From Faecousia sp. (GTDB lineage Bacteria > Bacillota > Clostridia > Oscillospirales > Oscillospiraceae), in NCBI GenBank assembly GCA_045535175.1, contig JAZSLC010000142.1, positions 4,745-68,744 of the forward strand: a DNA stretch of 64,000 bases, written 5' to 3'. The translations under genes and the position numbers were made by a program. Below, piece after piece: positions 20,397 to 31,100 of the stretch. The stretch's first letter is position 1. Every line of letters starts with the position of its first letter. Under the pieces are notes generated by a model. The model ran no database searches, had not been told where the DNA came from, and saw only the letters and a program-made list of their open reading frames with translations.

Positions 20397-21299
20397 ATGC
20401 AATTTCTTTACTTTCTGGAGAAAATCCGCCTGCCGGGCCTTAATGAACTGATGTTGACCATTACCACCCTTGGAGAAGAAACGGCGCTGATGGTGGCTGC
20501 TCTGATCGTCTTTTGGTGCGTGGATAAAAGACAGGGTTATTATGTGCTGAGTGTGGGCTTTTTAGGCAATATTGCAAATCAGTTTATGAAGCTTTGGTTC
20601 CGGATTCCCAGACCCTGGGTGAAAGATCCTGCTTTTACGATCTTGGAACAAGCCCGGGAGGGGGCCGGTGGATACTCTTTCCCCAGCGGACATACGCAGA
20701 CGGCTGTGGGCACCTTTGGTGCGCTGGCTGTCAACGGAAAGAGAAAATGGTTCCGCGCACTTTGCTTTGTTCTTGGGGTGCTTGTGGGCTTTTCACGGAT
20801 GTATGTGGGTGTCCACACTCCTGCGGATGTTTTGGTTGGCGCAGCTATGGCAGTGGTGTTTGTAGCGGCTCTTTATCCACTGTTTATGAAACATGAGGGC
20901 AAGTACATACCGGCTGTGATTTGCGGTCTGATCTTGCTGTCTGTTGCATTCTTGATTTATGTGGAGTGCCTGGATCCTTCTACTCTGGATCCTCATAACT
21001 ATGAGTCTGGTTTTAAGAATGCATATACCTTTCTTGGATGCACCACTGGTCTGCTGTTGGTTTGGTTTGTGGATCGTAAACTGGATTTTCAAACAGAAGC
21101 CGTTTGGTGGGCTCAGATTCTGAAAGTTGGAATCGGTCTTGTTCTGGTGCTTGCTGTAAAAGAGGGGCTCAGAAACCCTTTGGAAGCGCTTTGCGGAGGA
21201 CACATGATTGCCCGATCCATTCGTTATTTCCTGATTGTGGTGATTTCCGGTGTGGTTTGGCCTCTCAGCTTCCGGTTCTTCCCCAAAACACAATCCTAA
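20397..21299 (+). CDS. PAP2 family membrane phosphatase
   Basis: K..FRIPRP, YSFPSGH, SRMYVGVH..DV. Confidence 0.92.
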   Translation: MQFLYFLEKIRLPGLNELMLTITTLGEETALMVAALIVFWCVDKRQGYYVLSVGFLGNIANQFMKLWFRIPRPWVKDPAFTILEQAREGAGGYSFPSGHTQTAVGTFGALAVNGKRKWFRALCFVLGVLVGFSRMYVGVHTPADVLVGAAMAVVFVAALYPLFMKHEGKYIPAVICGLILLSVAFLIYVECLDPSTLDPHNYESGFKNAYTFLGCTTGLLLVWFVDRKLDFQTEAVWWAQILKVGIGLVLVLAVKEGLRNPLEALCGGHMIARSIRYFLIVVISGVVWPLSFRFFPKTQS

Positions 21300-21318
21300 T
21301 CATACAGGAGGATCTATT

Positions 21319-21861
21319 TTGAATTACGCAACCATTAAAAACTGTGATATTTCCAACGGGCCCGGCGTTCGTGTGAGTCTGTTTGTTTCCGGCTGCACCC
21401 ATCGGTGCAAAGGCTGTTTCAACGAAGTGGCCTGGGATTTTGAGTACGGTGAACCTTTTACCGAAGAAGTGGAAGAGCAACTCCTGGAAATGCTGAAGCC
21501 GGATTACATTAAAGGCCTGACACTTCTTGGCGGTGAGCCTTTTGAGCCTCAGAACCAGGGTCCTTTAGTTCACTTTCTTCGAAAGGTGAAAGCCTTGTAT
21601 CCTGATAAATCCATTTGGGCTTTCTCCGGTTACATTTTTGACAGGGATTTGCTTCCGGGAAAGTTGGGAGATCCATCGATTACTAGGGAGTTTTTAGGGT
21701 ATCTGGATGTACTTGTGGACGGGCCCTTTATTGAGAGTCGTAAGGACCTGATGCTTCGGTTCCGGGGATCTGATAACCAGCGACTGATTGATGTTCCTGC
21801 ATCGTTGGAACAAAATACCGTGGTGCTTTGGGAAGACTGGCAGGGGACCGGAAGGAGATAA
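21319..21861 (+). CDS. nrdG: Anaerobic ribonucleotide reductase activating enzyme
   Basis: NGPGVRVSLFVSGCTHRCKGCFN (CxxxCxxC), LGGEPF, FRGSDNQR; TTG start after AGGAGG. Confidence 0.93.
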   Translation: MNYATIKNCDISNGPGVRVSLFVSGCTHRCKGCFNEVAWDFEYGEPFTEEVEEQLLEMLKPDYIKGLTLLGGEPFEPQNQGPLVHFLRKVKALYPDKSIWAFSGYIFDRDLLPGKLGDPSITREFLGYLDVLVDGPFIESRKDLMLRFRGSDNQRLIDVPASLEQNTVVLWEDWQGTGRR

Positions 21862-21863
21862 CT

Positions 21864-22301
21864 ATGGAAGCAATTCGTGTCAAAAAACTGAAGCCGGGTG
21901 CAGTTTTACCCACCTACGGTTCTGCAGAAGCGGCAGGTGCGGACCTATATGCCTGCCTGGATGAAGCGGTTGTGATTCACCCCGGGGAAACGGTCTTCAT
22001 TCCTACGGGACTCAGCATGGAGATTCCGGTTGGTATCGCAGGGCTCATTTATGCCAGAAGCGGCCTTGCCTGTAAGCGTGGTCTGGCGCCTGCAAATAAA
22101 GTGGGTGTTATTGACAGCGACTATCGCGGCGAGTTCATTGTGGCGCTGCATAACCATGGCTCCAATGAACAAACCGTATCCCATGGTGAGAGAATCGCTC
22201 AGTTGCTCATTACTCCGGTATTTACACCCGGTTTTACGGAAGTGTCGGAACTTTCCGATACTTCCCGCGGCGTGGGTGGCTTTGGCTCCACCGGAAAATA
22301 A
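21864..22301 (+). CDS. dut: dUTP diphosphatase
   Basis: AGADL, RSGLA, GVIDSDYRGE, RIAQL, RGVGGFGSTG. Confidence 0.96.
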   Translation: MEAIRVKKLKPGAVLPTYGSAEAAGADLYACLDEAVVIHPGETVFIPTGLSMEIPVGIAGLIYARSGLACKRGLAPANKVGVIDSDYRGEFIVALHNHGSNEQTVSHGERIAQLLITPVFTPGFTEVSELSDTSRGVGGFGSTGK

Positions 22302-22306
22302 TATGC

Positions 22307-22335
22307 AAAGCACCCGTTCACCGAACGGGTGCTTT
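22307..22335. terminator. Bidirectional terminator after dut
   Basis: AAAGCACCCGTTC/GAACGGGTGCTTT. Confidence 0.8.
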
Positions 22336-22342
22336 GGGCTTT

Positions 22343-23082
22343 GTCAAAAAGGCAACCACCCGCTATACGGGTGGAATAGGAAAAGTTATACTAATGAGTA
22401 GAAAAAGAAAACCTCCAATGATAAAGTTGTAAGAAGGTTCGTCAACCGCTTACAAACAACATCAATGGAGGTTATCCAAATGGACAACACTAGTTTAGCA
22501 CACACCAAGTGGAATTGCAAATACCATATCGTTTTTGCACCCAAATACCGCAGACAAATTATCTACAAGCAGATTTCAGCGGACATAGGCTCAATCATAC
22601 GAACATTATGAGCGCGAAAGGGAGTGGAGATCATCGAGGCAGCAGCAGTGCCGGATCATATTCATCTCTACGTAGCGATCCCACCGAAATACAGTGTATC
22701 GGAGTTTATTGGGTATCTAAAAGGAAAGAGTAGTTTAATGATATTCGACCGCCATGCAAATCTCAAGTACAAGTATGGCAACAGGCACTTCTGGTGCAGA
22801 GGGTACTACGTAGATACAGTAGGAAGAAACGAAAAAGCGATAAAAGAATATGTCCGGAATCAGTTACAAGAAGATATCGCAGCCGATCAGATAAGTATCA
22901 AGGAATTCAATGACCCGTTTACGGGTGAGCCGGTAAGCAAGGGCAAATAATTAAGCCGCCCCCGGAAGGGGGCAGCCAGTAACAAATTTGTGGTTGGCGA
23001 ACCGTTCGTGCGTCTTATGACGCGGCTGTATTAGGCCCTTTTAGGGCCTGTGCAAGCCACCGGCTAAGCCGGTGGTCTTGAC
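22343..23082 (+). mobile_element. IS200/IS605-family insertion sequence (tnpA only)
   Basis: tnpA plus subterminal hairpins CCACCCG-N5-CGGGTGG (22356-22374) and CCACCGGC-N3-GCCGGTGG (23057-23075); exact ends approximate. Confidence 0.85.
22480..22950 (+). pseudogene. tnpA: IS200-type Y1 transposase interrupted by an in-frame TGA at codon 44
   Basis: MDNTSLAHTKWNCKYHIVFAPKYRR...RTL*ARKGVEII..DHIHL (HUH)...FWCRGYYVDTVG..IKEYVRNQ; TGA at 22609-22611. Confidence 0.88.
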
Positions 23083-25173
23083 TTAGTAGTAAAGAATGTC
23101 TGAATAAATGGGGTAGGGCCAGTAGCTCTTGTCAGTGAGCTTTTCCAGCAAGTCCGCATCCTTGCGAAGCTGCTCCATGGCGGTAACCAGGATATCCGAG
23201 CAGTAATCTACGGCTTCGGCGCTGCTTTCGGGAATCTCTTTCAGTGCAGCTGCCAAATCTTCCGCTTTCAGGTAGAGAGAATCCACAGTTTCGGAGAGTC
23301 TTTTTGTAAGATCCGTTTCGGCCTTGGCGGAAATGCCAATCTGATTTTTACGGATAACCGATTCTGCCAGGGCGGAAGAGTATTTTACGGCTGCGGGAAG
23401 AATCTGATGCAGCACCATATCCACAGTGGTTTTTGCTTCGATCCGGATCAGTTTCACATATGCTTCCAAATGGATCTCATGCCGAGCACGGAATTCACTT
23501 TCGGTGAAAATGCCATGTTTGGTCACAAGTTCAATATTCTTTGGGAGAATGTAGGTGTGAATGGCCTTGGCAGTGGAGGGGAGATTGCTGAGGCCGCGGC
23601 GCGCCGCTTCTTCTTTCCATTCTTGAGAATAAGCATTGCCGTTGAAGATGATCCTCTGGTGTTTTGTAAAGGTGTCACATACCAACTCCTGAAGGGCCTG
23701 CTCAAAATTCTCGGCAGATTCCAGAATGTCTGCGAATTTACCCAACTCCTCAGCCATAATGGTATTGAGGGCAATGTTGGGGCCGGCAATGGACTGAGAG
23801 GAGCCCAACATACGGAACTCAAATTTGTTGCCGGTGAAGGCAAGAGGACTGGTTCTGTTCCGGTCGGTGGTATCCCTGGGAATCTGGGGCAGTACATCAA
23901 CGCCGATACGCATGACGCTCTTTTCGGGGTCGGTGTAGTTGGTGCCGTTGATAATGGATTCCACCACTGCGGTCAGTTCGTCGCCCAGGAAGATGGATAT
24001 AATGGCAGGGGGCGCTTCATGGGCGCCCAGGCGGTGATCGTTACCGGCGTGGGCAACAGTGCAGCGCAGCCATTCCTGGTATTCGTCCACACCTTTAATA
24101 AAGGCAGCCAGGAACACCAGGAACTGAGCGTTCTGTCTGGGGGTATCACCGGGTTTGAAGAGGTTTTTGCCCTGGTCGGTGCACAGGGACCAGTTGTTGT
24201 GTTTGCCGGAACCGCTGACACCCTGGAAGGGCTTTTCGTGAAGCAGGCAAACCAGATCATGCTTTGCTGCACATTTTTTCATGATCAGCATAATCAGCTG
24301 GTTGGCGTCGCAGGCGCTGCTGGCATCGCTGAAAATGGGAGCAAGCTCATGCTGACAAGGTGCGCCCTCATTATGTTTGGTTTTGGAGAGGATGCCAAGC
24401 CGCCAAAGCTGTTCGTCCAGGTCCTTCATAAAGTTGGATACTCTGGTGCGGATGGTGCCGAAGTAATGATCGTCCAGTTCCTGGCCCTTGGGAGGGGCTG
24501 CACCAAACAGCGTTCGACCGGTCAGACGCAGGTCTTCCCGCTGGGCATAGATGGCTTTGGGAATCAGGAAATACTCCTGTTCTGCGCCAACACTGACTTG
24601 AACCCGCTGGGTATCTTGGTCGCCGAACAAACGCAGGATCCGAAGAGCTTCCCGGGAAACTTCATCCAGGGATCGCAGCAGGGGGGTCTTTTTATCCAGG
24701 GCTTCACCGGTATAGGAGAAGAAACAGGTGGGGATATATAGACTTCCGTCTTTAACAAATGCAAAAGCGGTGGGGTCCCATGCGGTATATCCTCTGGCTT
24801 CAAAGGTAGCCCGAAGACCGCCGGAGGGGAAACTGGAAGCATCCGGCTCACCGCGCACCAGTTCCTTGCCGGAAAACTCCATAATTACCTTTCCGTCACC
24901 TGTAGGGGCGATGAAAGAATCGTGCTTTTCGGCGGTGATGCCTGTCATGGGCTGGAACCAGTGAGTATAATGGGTGGCGCCCTTTCCGATGGCCCAATTC
25001 TTCATGGCTTCGGCAATGCCATTGGCAATGGAAAGGGGCAGGGGGGTGCCCGTAGCAATACACTGCTTCCATCCGTTAAATATCTCAGCAGAGAGGGTTT
25101 GGCGCATGGTGGCCTCGTTAAAAACGTCACTGCCAAAAATCTCAGGAATGTTTACATTTTTGTGCATATCCAT
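23083..25173 (-). CDS. glnA: Glutamine synthetase type III
   Basis: HYTHWFQPMTG, EPDASSFPSGGLRATFEARGY, GSGKHNNWS, DRNRTSP. Confidence 0.95.
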   Translation of the reverse strand: MDMHKNVNIPEIFGSDVFNEATMRQTLSAEIFNGWKQCIATGTPLPLSIANGIAEAMKNWAIGKGATHYTHWFQPMTGITAEKHDSFIAPTGDGKVIMEFSGKELVRGEPDASSFPSGGLRATFEARGYTAWDPTAFAFVKDGSLYIPTCFFSYTGEALDKKTPLLRSLDEVSREALRILRLFGDQDTQRVQVSVGAEQEYFLIPKAIYAQREDLRLTGRTLFGAAPPKGQELDDHYFGTIRTRVSNFMKDLDEQLWRLGILSKTKHNEGAPCQHELAPIFSDASSACDANQLIMLIMKKCAAKHDLVCLLHEKPFQGVSGSGKHNNWSLCTDQGKNLFKPGDTPRQNAQFLVFLAAFIKGVDEYQEWLRCTVAHAGNDHRLGAHEAPPAIISIFLGDELTAVVESIINGTNYTDPEKSVMRIGVDVLPQIPRDTTDRNRTSPLAFTGNKFEFRMLGSSQSIAGPNIALNTIMAEELGKFADILESAENFEQALQELVCDTFTKHQRIIFNGNAYSQEWKEEAARRGLSNLPSTAKAIHTYILPKNIELVTKHGIFTESEFRARHEIHLEAYVKLIRIEAKTTVDMVLHQILPAAVKYSSALAESVIRKNQIGISAKAETDLTKRLSETVDSLYLKAEDLAAALKEIPESSAEAVDYCSDILVTAMEQLRKDADLLEKLTDKSYWPYPIYSDILYY

Positions 25174-25367
25174 ACTCCTTTCCGGTGATGGTCTTAAGAC
25201 AATTCATAGTAAATTCTATGCCAAATGCAGGGAAAATGCAAGGATAAAAATAGATAATTTTTGGGAATTTAGTATTTACTATTTGACGTATTATACAAAG
25301 CTGATCCTATTGCTTTTCCGGAAAACTTTGGTATAATGGGGGAAAGCACTGAGAAAGGGTGGTTCTT

Positions 25368-26645
25368 ATGAAAACATACGCATCTCTCACCGCAGCGGAG
25401 CTGGAGGCTCTGTATTCCGCAGAACTTGGAAAGTTTGAAAACTGCAAAAAACTGGGACTGAAGCTGAATATGGCAAGAGGCAAGCCCTCACGGCTTCAGA
25501 TTAACGTTGTCAGTGATATTTTGACGGTTCTTCAGGATGCGGACGATTGCATCGTTGATGGCATTGATACCCGAAATTATGGCGAACTGGCCGGCCTGCC
25601 CTGTGCAAGAGCTTATTGGGCTGATGTGCTGGGTTGTAAGCCTTCCCAGACCTTTGTAGGCGGTAGCGCCAGCCTGAATTTAATGTTTGATCTGATTGCC
25701 CGTGCCTATTCTCACGGCCTGAAGAACAGCACGAGGCCCTGGTGTAAGGAAGATACCGTTAAGTTTCTTTGTCCTGCTCCCGGTTATGACCGTCATTTCC
25801 GGATCACGGAATTCTTTGGCGCAGAGCTGATTACCGTTCCTATGCTCACCACCGGCCCTGATATGGACCTGGTGGAAGAACTTGTAAAAGATCCTGCAGT
25901 GAAGGGTATTTGGTGTGTGCCCAAGTACAGCAACCCCGACGGCATTATTTACTCCGATGAAACCGTTGCCCGTTTTGCTGCTTTGAAGCCCGCGGCTCCC
26001 GACTTTGCTATTATTTGGGATAATGCTTACTGTGTCCATGAATTTGAGGGCGAGTTTGTTCCCTTTGAGGATATTATCAGCCTGTGTGCGGCTCAGGGTA
26101 ATCCCGATATGGTCTACGAATTTGCTTCCACCTCCAAGATTACCTTTGCGGGTGGTGGTATTTCTGTGATGGCTGCTTCTGAAGAGAATATTCGCTATCT
26201 GAGCAAGCTCTATAGTGTGCAGACCATTTCTTTCGATAAAGTCAATCAGCTGCGCCATGTGATGTATTTAAAAGATCGGGAGCATACGCTGGAGATTATG
26301 AAGCGTCATGCTGCTGTAATGGCACCCAAGTTCCGGGTGGTGGCCGAGTACCTGGATCGGGAAATCAAGCCTCTGGAGATTGCTTCCTGGAATGAGCCCA
26401 AGGGCGGCTATTTTGTAAGCCTCAATGCCATGCACGGAACCGCAATGCGGGTTCTTGCCCTTTGCGCAGAAGCCGGTGTGGAGATGACGCCTGCAGGCGC
26501 TACGTTCCCCTATGGCCTGGATCCCAACGATTCCAATATCCGTATTGCGCCCAGCCTTCCTCCTGTTGCTGAGCTGGAACAGGCTATGGATGTGTTCTGC
26601 ACCTGCCTGAAACTGGCTGCCCTGGAAAAGCTGCTGGGTAAGTAA
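25368..26645 (+). CDS. PLP-dependent class I/II aminotransferase (aspartate aminotransferase-like)
   Basis: LNMARGKP, PGYDRHF, VPKYSNPDG, WDNAY, STSKITF, NIRIAPS. Confidence 0.88.
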   Translation: MKTYASLTAAELEALYSAELGKFENCKKLGLKLNMARGKPSRLQINVVSDILTVLQDADDCIVDGIDTRNYGELAGLPCARAYWADVLGCKPSQTFVGGSASLNLMFDLIARAYSHGLKNSTRPWCKEDTVKFLCPAPGYDRHFRITEFFGAELITVPMLTTGPDMDLVEELVKDPAVKGIWCVPKYSNPDGIIYSDETVARFAALKPAAPDFAIIWDNAYCVHEFEGEFVPFEDIISLCAAQGNPDMVYEFASTSKITFAGGGISVMAASEENIRYLSKLYSVQTISFDKVNQLRHVMYLKDREHTLEIMKRHAAVMAPKFRVVAEYLDREIKPLEIASWNEPKGGYFVSLNAMHGTAMRVLALCAEAGVEMTPAGATFPYGLDPNDSNIRIAPSLPPVAELEQAMDVFCTCLKLAALEKLLGK

Positions 26646-26656
26646 GGAGGAATCCC

Positions 26657-27295
26657 ATGGCAGATGCAAGATCCCTCTTTTATGAGAAAAAGGGTAAAGT
26701 TCTGGTTGAGCATCTGAAGAGCCGTCATTTCGATGCGTTTTACTGTGCTACCAGAGAAGATGCCCTTCGTCAGGCTTTGGAACTGATTCCGGAAGGGAGC
26801 AGTGTTGGCTGGGGTGGAGCCACATCTGCTCTGGAAATCGGTCTTTTGGATGCTGTTCGTCAGGGGAACTATGTGGCCTATGACAGAGAAAGCGTTAATA
26901 CGGATGAAGAGCGGGAAGCAGTTCTGCGGAAATGCTTCGATGCGGATTTCTTTATCACCGGCGCCAATGCGCTAAGTCTGGACGGTCAGATGGTGAACAT
27001 TGACGGCGCCGGAAACCGGGTTGCTGCCATTGTTTACGGCCCCCGAAATGTGATTGTGATTGCAGGCATGAATAAGGTTTGTGATACTCTGGAAGGGGCT
27101 CTTCAGCGGGCAAGAACTGTTGCGGCGCCCATCAATCAGCAGCGCTTTCTTCATCCAACACCTTGTGCCAAAACCGGTGTCTGCGCAGATTGCAAGAGTG
27201 TAAAGTGTATCTGCAACCAAATTCTGATTACCAGACACTGCCGTCCTCAGGGCCGTATTCAGTTCGTTATTGTCGGAGAAGAATTAGGATTCTAA
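26657..27295 (+). CDS. LUD-domain (lactate utilization-like) protein
   Basis: GWGGATS, ITGANA, NIDGAGNRVA, GMNKV, Cys-rich C-terminus. Confidence 0.85.
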   Translation: MADARSLFYEKKGKVLVEHLKSRHFDAFYCATREDALRQALELIPEGSSVGWGGATSALEIGLLDAVRQGNYVAYDRESVNTDEEREAVLRKCFDADFFITGANALSLDGQMVNIDGAGNRVAAIVYGPRNVIVIAGMNKVCDTLEGALQRARTVAAPINQQRFLHPTPCAKTGVCADCKSVKCICNQILITRHCRPQGRIQFVIVGEELGF

Positions 27296-27300
27296 CCGTG

Positions 27301-27334
27301 CTCCCGGATCGGTATTCCGATCCGGGAGTCTTTT
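27301..27334 (+). terminator. Intrinsic terminator
   Basis: CTCCCGGATCGG/CCGATCCGGGAG plus T run. Confidence 0.75.
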
Positions 27335-27417
27335 GCAATTTGTCTGGGAATTTACAAAAAGTTTTTGAAAAAAGAAACTTTTTATGATAAGATAAGTAAA
27401 CTGTGGAGGTGACAATA

Positions 27418-28119
27418 ATGCCATTTGTGGAATTTGAAAATGTAGGTAAAACATACGATATGGGCGAGGTGCGCATTGAGGCCCTCCATGATGTGAGCTT
27501 TACTGTTGAAAAAGGTGAGCTTGTTGTGATCGTTGGTCCATCCGGGGCCGGCAAAACCACCCTTTTGAATATCTTGGGTGGTATGGATACCCTTTCTACC
27601 GGTAAAGTAATTCTGGATGGGGAAGAGATTTCCAAGCTGAGTAAGAAACAATTGACCACTTACAGACGGCACGACGTGGGGTTTGTGTTTCAGTTTTACA
27701 ACCTTGTAGGCAATCTGACGGCCATCGAGAATGTGGAACTTGCCAATCAGATATGCCGGCAGCCTCTGGATGCCGCCCAAGTTCTGCGGGATGTTGGCCT
27801 GGGTGACCGCATGAAAAACTTCCCCAGCCAGCTGTCCGGCGGTGAACAACAACGCGTTGCCATTGCCAGAGCCCTTGCCAAGAATCCGAAACTCCTGCTA
27901 TGCGATGAACCCACCGGTGCTCTGGACTATCAAACCGGCAAAGCAATTCTGAAACTTCTTCAGGATACCGGACGTAAAACCGGTATGACAGTGATTATCA
28001 TTACCCACAACAGCGCTTTAACCGCCATGGCGGACCGTGTAATCAAGGTTCGCAGCGGTACGGTTGTATCTGTTAAGAAAAACGATAACCCCCAGGATGT
28101 AGCGGAGATTGAATGGTAA
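27418..28119 (+). CDS. ABC transporter ATP-binding protein (LolD/MacB-like)
   Basis: [33 protein letters not shown]. Confidence 0.95.
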   Translation: MPFVEFENVGKTYDMGEVRIEALHDVSFTVEKGELVVIVGPSGAGKTTLLNILGGMDTLSTGKVILDGEEISKLSKKQLTTYRRHDVGFVFQFYNLVGNLTAIENVELANQICRQPLDAAQVLRDVGLGDRMKNFPSQLSGGEQQRVAIARALAKNPKLLLCDEPTGALDYQTGKAILKLLQDTGRKTGMTVIIITHNSALTAMADRVIKVRSGTVVSVKKNDNPQDVAEIEW

Positions 28120-28120
28120 T

Positions 28121-31100
28121 ATGAAGAAAAACATCATGGCCAAGAATTTGCGTCAATCCATCGTAAAGTCTTTGGCCCGGTACATAGCCATTGTTGCGAT
28201 TATCGCCCTTGGTGCGGGTATTTTTGTGGGGCTTCGGACCACGAAATCCGATATGATCGCAACCGGTCAGCGGTTTATGGATGAACAGAATATGTTTGAC
28301 CTCCGGCTGATGAACACTTATGGCTGGTCCCTTGACGATGTGGAGCGTATTTCTCAGCTGGAGGATGTGGTACACGCAGAGGGTGTCATCACATTTGATG
28401 TGATTTCCCAGCTGGGTAAATCGGATGCGGAGCATGTTTTCAAGCTGTATTCGATTCCCCGGCAGATCAATAGGGTTTATCTTTTGGGCGGACGGATGCC
28501 TCAAACGCCCAATGAATGTTTATACGACGGCTTCCATACATCCGATTCCATTCTGGGAACAAAGATTACCGTATCGGATGCCAATTCGGAAGATACATTG
28601 GATAGCCTGAAGGTTCGGGAACTGACGGTGGTTGGCTACGTTGGCACACCGCTTTATGTAGATATGTCCCGCGGCAGTACTGCCATTGGAAACGGTTCCG
28701 TCAGTGGCTATGTGTACGTGCCCCAGGAAGCTTTTGACGTGGATTACTATACGGAAATCCATATTACCCTTCCGGAAAAATACAAGGCTTACACATCCGG
28801 GTATGAAGACTATATTGCTTCTTTTACAGACCGTTTCGAGGCTGATTTGATGCCCATTGCTATGGAACGCTATGATTCGGTTTTGAAAGAGGCCAGAAAA
28901 GCCTACCGGGAAGGAAATAAAGAATACAGCCATGGCTTGATTGAACTGAATGACGGCAAGAAGAAAATGGAAAAAGAACTTGCCGATGCACTTAAACAGC
29001 TTGAGGATGGCGAAAAGGAACTTGAGGACAGCCGCACCCAACTGGAAGAAGCGAAGATTGAGATTGAAAAAGGTCAGCAGGAAATTGATCAAAACCGGAC
29101 CATGCTGACTGAGTCCAAAGTGACCCTGGCCAATGCAAAATCCAGTGCATTCCAGCAGCTCTCCAGCGCCCATTCCAGCCTTCTTGCCAACTATAAATCT
29201 GTGAATGATGGCATCATGCAAGTGGATGATGGCATCAGAATGATTGATGAAGGCCTGGTTCAGATTGACAGCGGTATCAGTCAGCTGGAAAGTGGTCTGC
29301 AGCAGCTTCAGATGATGGTTTCCGTAACGGAAACCATGATGGGTATTGCCCAATCTTCCGTGGATCGGGCTTATAATGCTCTCCAGGCAGCCAAGGAATT
29401 TGGCGGGGATGATGCGCTTCTGGCAGAGCTTGAAGCGACCATTGTGCAGCTGCAGAATCAGCTGAATGGTTATCAGCAGGACCTGGATGAAATGAAGTCC
29501 AATCAGGCGGAGTATACTAAGCAGCTGGAAGACCTTCGTGTGCAGCGGCAGCAGTTGTTGGATCAAAAGAACGAACTGCTTGCCACGAGAGCGACTTTGG
29601 AAGATGCTCTTTCTCAAATTGATGCTGGTTTTCTGGAGATCCAAAACAACCAGGCTCAGGCGGAAAGGGAGTTTGCTGCGGCTGAAGCTCAGATTGAAGC
29701 CGGCGAGGCAGAACTGGAAAAGGCCCAGTTGGAACTGGATAAGGCCAAGCTTGAGGTAGAGAACGGCACTTATAAACTGCAAGAGGGTGAAGCCGAGCTT
29801 GCCAAAGGCTGGGAAGAGTATTACAAGGGAAAAGAAGAAGCAGAATTAGAAATTGCCGATGCTGAAAAGGAACTGGCAGAGGCGAAACTTTTGCTGGATG
29901 ATGCCAAGGAAGCCATCAATCGTATGGATGAGCCCGATGTATTTGTTCTGGACCGGAATACCAATCCAGGCTACCTTGCACTGGAAAGTAATTCCGATAT
30001 CGTTCAGGGCGTATCCGCTGTGTTCCCTGCGTTTTTTCTGCTGATTGCGGCTCTTGTTTGTATCACTACCATGACCCGTATGGTGGAAGAGGAACGTACG
30101 CAGATCGGCACACTCAAGGCCCTTGGCTATGGAAATGGCCGCATTATCTTCAAGTATATTGCCTACGCCGGCAGTGCAGCCATTATTGGCTGTGGCCTGG
30201 GCGTTTTGGCTGGCAGTGTGGTATTTCCCCTTGTCCTTTGGGAGGCTTATTCCACCATTATGCTGCTGGGCGATTACTTCGTTCTGCAGATCGATTGGGG
30301 TCTTTGTCTCATGGTGGTTGGAATGTATACAGCAGTGACTTTGTTTGTTACCTGGTATTGCTGCCGTATGACGCTTCGGGAAGTTCCTGCTCAATTGATT
30401 CGTCCAAAGGCACCCACTTCCGGTAAGAAAATACTGCTGGAATACATTCCCCTTTGGAACAAATTCAGCTTCCTTAACAAGGTAATGCTTCGCAATATTT
30501 TCCGTTACCGTCAAAGGCTTCTTATGATGATGATCGGTATTGGCGGATGTACGGCTTTGTTGCTTGCTGGCTTTGGCGTTCGTGACTCCATTGTAGACAT
30601 TGTTTCCTTCCAGTTTGAAGAAATCACTCTTTCGGATATTGTGATTCGTTTCCCGGAAGGCGTTGACGACACGAAAAAGGCAGAGTTCATGGATGATACA
30701 GCCGGTTATGTGGAGGATGTGATCTTCTACCATCAGTCCAGTAAGGAAATGGTGTATAACGGCCGGGTCAATGATGTGAACTTTGTTGTTGCGGAGGATG
30801 GTGTCCAGAAGTTTATGGACTTCCACATTAACCGGGAGAAGGTTCCTTATCCCCAGACAGGTGAGGCAATCATCTCCATTGGTGTGGCAGAAAAACTGGG
30901 GATTACAGTAGGGGATACCATTGCGATCAGAAATATCGATATGAAGGAATTGACGCTTCATGTCAGTGGAATCTTTGAAAACTATGTGTACAACTATGTG
31001 ATTGTTTCTCCAGAAACGGTTGAAGTTCAGTGGAAGGAACCTGCCGAGATCCAAATGGCCTTTTTAACCGTTCCCGATTATCAGGATGTCCACGAAAACG

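Noticed and set aside
22609-22660. Selenocysteine recoding of the tnpA TGA
   Set aside because: No convincing SECIS-like hairpin directly downstream and no sel genes in the window; a nonsense change is simpler.
22480-22950. IS200 TnpA as the mobiliser of the 21-nt hairpin cassettes
   Set aside because: Its own end hairpins are unrelated in sequence, it lacks the SIRQISRLTG C-terminus, and it is interrupted.
28860-29930. SMC-like or tape-measure protein
   Set aside because: The coiled coil is an internal part of a common FtsX-like permease family paired with its ABC ATPase.
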